Below the pieces are notes generated by a model, which searched no databases, was not told the origin of the DNA, and saw only the letters and a program-made list of their open reading frames with translations. This document shows, piece by piece, positions 51,123 through 52,840 of a DNA stretch of 52,840 bases. The stretch lies in the IMG/VR virus record IMGVR_UViG_3300000291_000011, one strand, 5' to 3'. The translations under genes were made by a program, and so were the position numbers. Positions within the stretch are counted from its first letter, which is position 1, and each line of letters begins with the position of its first letter. This DNA is from a virus.

Positions 51123-51464
51123 ATGGTTGTGAAAGAATTGCAAGATGAAATTGTAACGGTTGTGTTCTCCGAGCTTCTCCGAGCGCAAAAAGAGCATGGA
51201 GAAACGTTCAACTCCATGCCGGAGGCGTTCTCCGTCATCTGGGAGGAAATCGAGGAAGCGAATGAAGAGATGCAGCGCGTTCGGCAAAAGGCGAATGACG
51301 TGTGGCTGGCAAATCGACGGGACGATGCAGACGCGTTTCGGATGTGCGCGAGCAAAACAGCGGCGGCAGCTACACTGCTGGCTTGCGAAGCTGTGCAGGT
51401 TGCCGCTATGTGCATCAAGGCGCAGAAAGGAGGTGCAGCATGGTCGAAAAGCAAGATTGGCTGA
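51123..51464 (+). CDS. Hypothetical helical protein (possibly MazG-like pyrophosphohydrolase fold)
   Basis: ATG 51123 after AGGAG; FSVIWEEIEEANEEMQ acidic helix. Weak resemblance only. Confidence 0.4.
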   Translation: MVVKELQDEIVTVVFSELLRAQKEHGETFNSMPEAFSVIWEEIEEANEEMQRVRQKANDVWLANRRDDADAFRMCASKTAAAATLLACEAVQVAAMCIKAQKGGAAWSKSKIG

Positions 51465-51598
51465 ACGCATTGACAATCTGCCCGGTTTGTAACGCAGTAA
51501 TGAAACGATACACTACGATTGATGTGCAAGGAGGCGCATGGGTAAAATGTACAAATCCAAAGTGCGGACTACACGGCGTTCTATTTATGCCGATGTAA
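51440..51598 (+). CDS. Small zinc-ribbon protein
   Basis: ATG 51440 after AAAGGAGGTG; CPVCNAVM..CTNPKCG. Confidence 0.45.
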   Translation: MVEKQDWLNALTICPVCNAVMKRYTTIDVQGGAWVKCTNPKCGLHGVLFMPM

Positions 51599-51957
51599 TT
51601 CCGACAGAGGACGAAGAGCAGGAAGCCCTTTTCCGCTGGGCGGAGACTCAAAGCGCAACGAAGCCGTGGCTGAAAGGGATGTTCGCCATCCCGAACGGCG
51701 GTTATCGCGCCAAGGCAACCGCCGCGAGGATGAAGCGAACCGGGACGCGTGCAGGAGTGCCGGACATCTTCCTGCCCGTCTCAAACGGGCGCGAACACGG
51801 GCTTTTCATCGAGATGAAGCGGAAGAAGGGCGGGACGGTATCGTCATCACAGAAGGTGCGCATGAAGATGCTGACTGCCGAGGGATATCGCTGCGTTGTG
51901 GCAAAGGGCTGCCAAGAAGCGATTGATGCAATTATGCGATACATGGACGGAGAGTGA
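51538..51957 (+). CDS. VRR-NUC domain (PD-(D/E)xK) nuclease
   Basis: EEQEALFRWAE..GVPDIFLPVSNGREHGLFIEMKRKKGG. Confidence 0.75.
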   Translation: MGKMYKSKVRTTRRSIYADVIPTEDEEQEALFRWAETQSATKPWLKGMFAIPNGGYRAKATAARMKRTGTRAGVPDIFLPVSNGREHGLFIEMKRKKGGTVSSSQKVRMKMLTAEGYRCVVAKGCQEAIDAIMRYMDGE

Positions 51958-51961
51958 GACA

Positions 51962-52243
51962 ATGCTGGACACCGACGAAATCCGTTACTCCTTTTGGCTG
52001 GAGAAAGAGCTGGAAAAGAACGTAAAGCGGCTTGCGGGGAACGTTTCGCGCGGATGCAAAAGCCGCCACGATGCCTACAAAGTCAGGGCGACGCAGGACG
52101 CAATCAGGCGGCTAAACGGCGAGAAGGAGGCAAACGGAGCAATCGAGAAGGTACAAGATATGCTGTACACGGAGCTTATGAGCGGACAGATTCGCCCTGC
52201 GCTGTATACAGCTATCGTCAAGGCGTTTGAAGGGGTAAAATAA
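51962..52243 (+). CDS. Hypothetical protein
   Basis: 93 aa from ATG 51962. Confidence 0.55.
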   Translation: MLDTDEIRYSFWLEKELEKNVKRLAGNVSRGCKSRHDAYKVRATQDAIRRLNGEKEANGAIEKVQDMLYTELMSGQIRPALYTAIVKAFEGVK

Positions 52244-52268
52244 TCGTGGGCGGTTGCGGGAGGGGAAA

Positions 52269-52718
52269 ATGGTTGACTTAAAGCGGATGCGGTATCTCAT
52301 CAGGCGGTATCCTATGGCTTGCTTGCGAGCAGAACAGGCGCGAATCCGGGCGCAGAAGCTGACGCGGACAATCAGTGATGCGCCGCGCGGGGGCGGGAGT
52401 ATGAACAGCACGGAGGAAGGGCTGCTGTATCGCATCGAGGCGCTGGAACGCAAGAAAGCAATCTGGGACGAGTTGTGCAAGATGCGCGAAGAGCTTTCAC
52501 CGATAATCGACGCGCTGGAAGTTCAGGCTAAGAAGCGTTTTGCGGAAACGGATGACGAAAAAAGAGCGCGAAGAGATATGCTGGAAGTGCAGTGCATGAG
52601 GATGCGGTATCTGGAGGGACGGAGCGCCCGGGAAATCAGCTACAATCTGGCGTATTCCGAGCAGCACGTCTTCCGCGTGATTGGTAACGCGGAGCGTAAA
52701 ATCCAGAGCGCGGAATAA
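52269..52718 (+). CDS. ArpU/RinA-type or sigma-region-4-like late transcriptional regulator
   Basis: ATG 52269 after GGGAGGGGAAA; C-terminal RMRYLEGRSAREISYNLAYSEQHVFRVIGNAERKI is a region-4-like HTH. Position is the last gene before the packaging side of the genome. Confidence 0.55.
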   Translation: MVDLKRMRYLIRRYPMACLRAEQARIRAQKLTRTISDAPRGGGSMNSTEEGLLYRIEALERKKAIWDELCKMREELSPIIDALEVQAKKRFAETDDEKRARRDMLEVQCMRMRYLEGRSAREISYNLAYSEQHVFRVIGNAERKIQSAE

Positions 52719-52723
52719 GGCGG

Positions 52724-52753
52724 TCGCGCATCGAAAGGTGCGCGATTTTCTTT
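52724..52753 (+). terminator. Rho-independent terminator
   Basis: TCGCGCA-tcgaaagg-TGCGCGA followed by TTTTCTTT. Confidence 0.65.
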
Positions 52754-52840
52754 GCAAAAAATCCGAAAAAAATGTGATTTGCCTCTTGACATATACGGCG
52801 GTATATGCTATAATAATAGTGTCAGGAGGGCGGTACAAAA
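52754..52840 (+). promoter_or_regulatory. Promoter/operator/leader cassette copy A, 5' part
   Basis: A-rich upstream tract; TTGACA 52786-52791, 17-nt spacer with CATATAC-GGCG-GTATATG, TATAAT 52809-52814. It continues at nt 1 if the genome is circular. Confidence 0.7.

Larger units (their letters stand above)
1..52840. mobile_element. Complete temperate siphovirus-type phage genome (circularly closed or terminally redundant)
   Basis: Contiguous accessory, terminase, portal, head, tail (tape measure, G/GT chaperone, Dit, Tal), lysis, cargo, integrase, repressor/cro, recombination, replication and late-activator modules. nt 1-54 equal nt 52787-52840 exactly. Confidence 0.85.

Noticed and set aside
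1-52840. tRNA, tmRNA or rRNA genes
   Set aside because: No T-loop (GGTTCGAATCC-like) or cloverleaf candidates were recognised by eye. This cannot be excluded without tRNAscan/Infernal, so nothing is reported.

Overview
This 52.8-kb window reads as a complete temperate siphovirus-type phage genome. Nt 1-54 are identical to nt 52787-52840, so it is circular or terminally redundant. Shine-Dalgarno usage, an NlpC/P60+SH3 endolysin and an ArpU/sigma-like late regulator suggest a Gram-positive, probably clostridial, host; that is inference. Module order: an accessory island with plasmid leading-region-like content (ArdC-N-like, DUF3560-like, ParB-methyltransferase, HKD nuclease, DUF4417-like; 85-6240), then terminase, portal and head (6256-14486). 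The tail follows, with a canonical -1 G/GT frameshift, tape measure, Dit, Tal and fibres (14501-23492), then lysis (23617-25242). Next come two minus-strand accessory operons of unknown function (25268-29197), a plus-strand cargo cluster of low-complexity, Cys-rich and TNF-like proteins (29389-32516), a candidate attP and a tyrosine integrase (32559-33842). A 1.4-kb nearly protein-free, compositionally extreme region lies between int and the repressor (33843-35285). The regulatory region is dense, with ten XRE-type HTH genes in three divergent switch-like pairs (35286-41418). It is followed by recombination and replication genes (Gam-like, ERF, HNH, SSB, DnaD-like, DnaB), several Lar-like zinc ribbons, a VRR-NUC nuclease and a late activator (41809-52718). 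Three signals stand out. (1) A four-copy cassette (consensus promoter, 7-4-7 palindrome inside the spacer, 5'-terminal hairpin, fixed RBS) heads all accessory operons in a mirrored two-tier layout, each pair with its own RHH gene. (2) The int-cI gap holds a purine microsatellite, A-tract/ATAGC iterons, 39-bp AT tandem repeats, a C-free G-tract block closed by a long-range stem plus T7, stacked hairpins, and a consensus promoter antisense to the repressor. (3) Five AAGTTGCAA boxes sit in exact 11-bp register ahead of the lysis genes. All family names come from motif recognition by eye; no database search was possible. No tRNA, rRNA, CRISPR array or reverse transcriptase was recognised.
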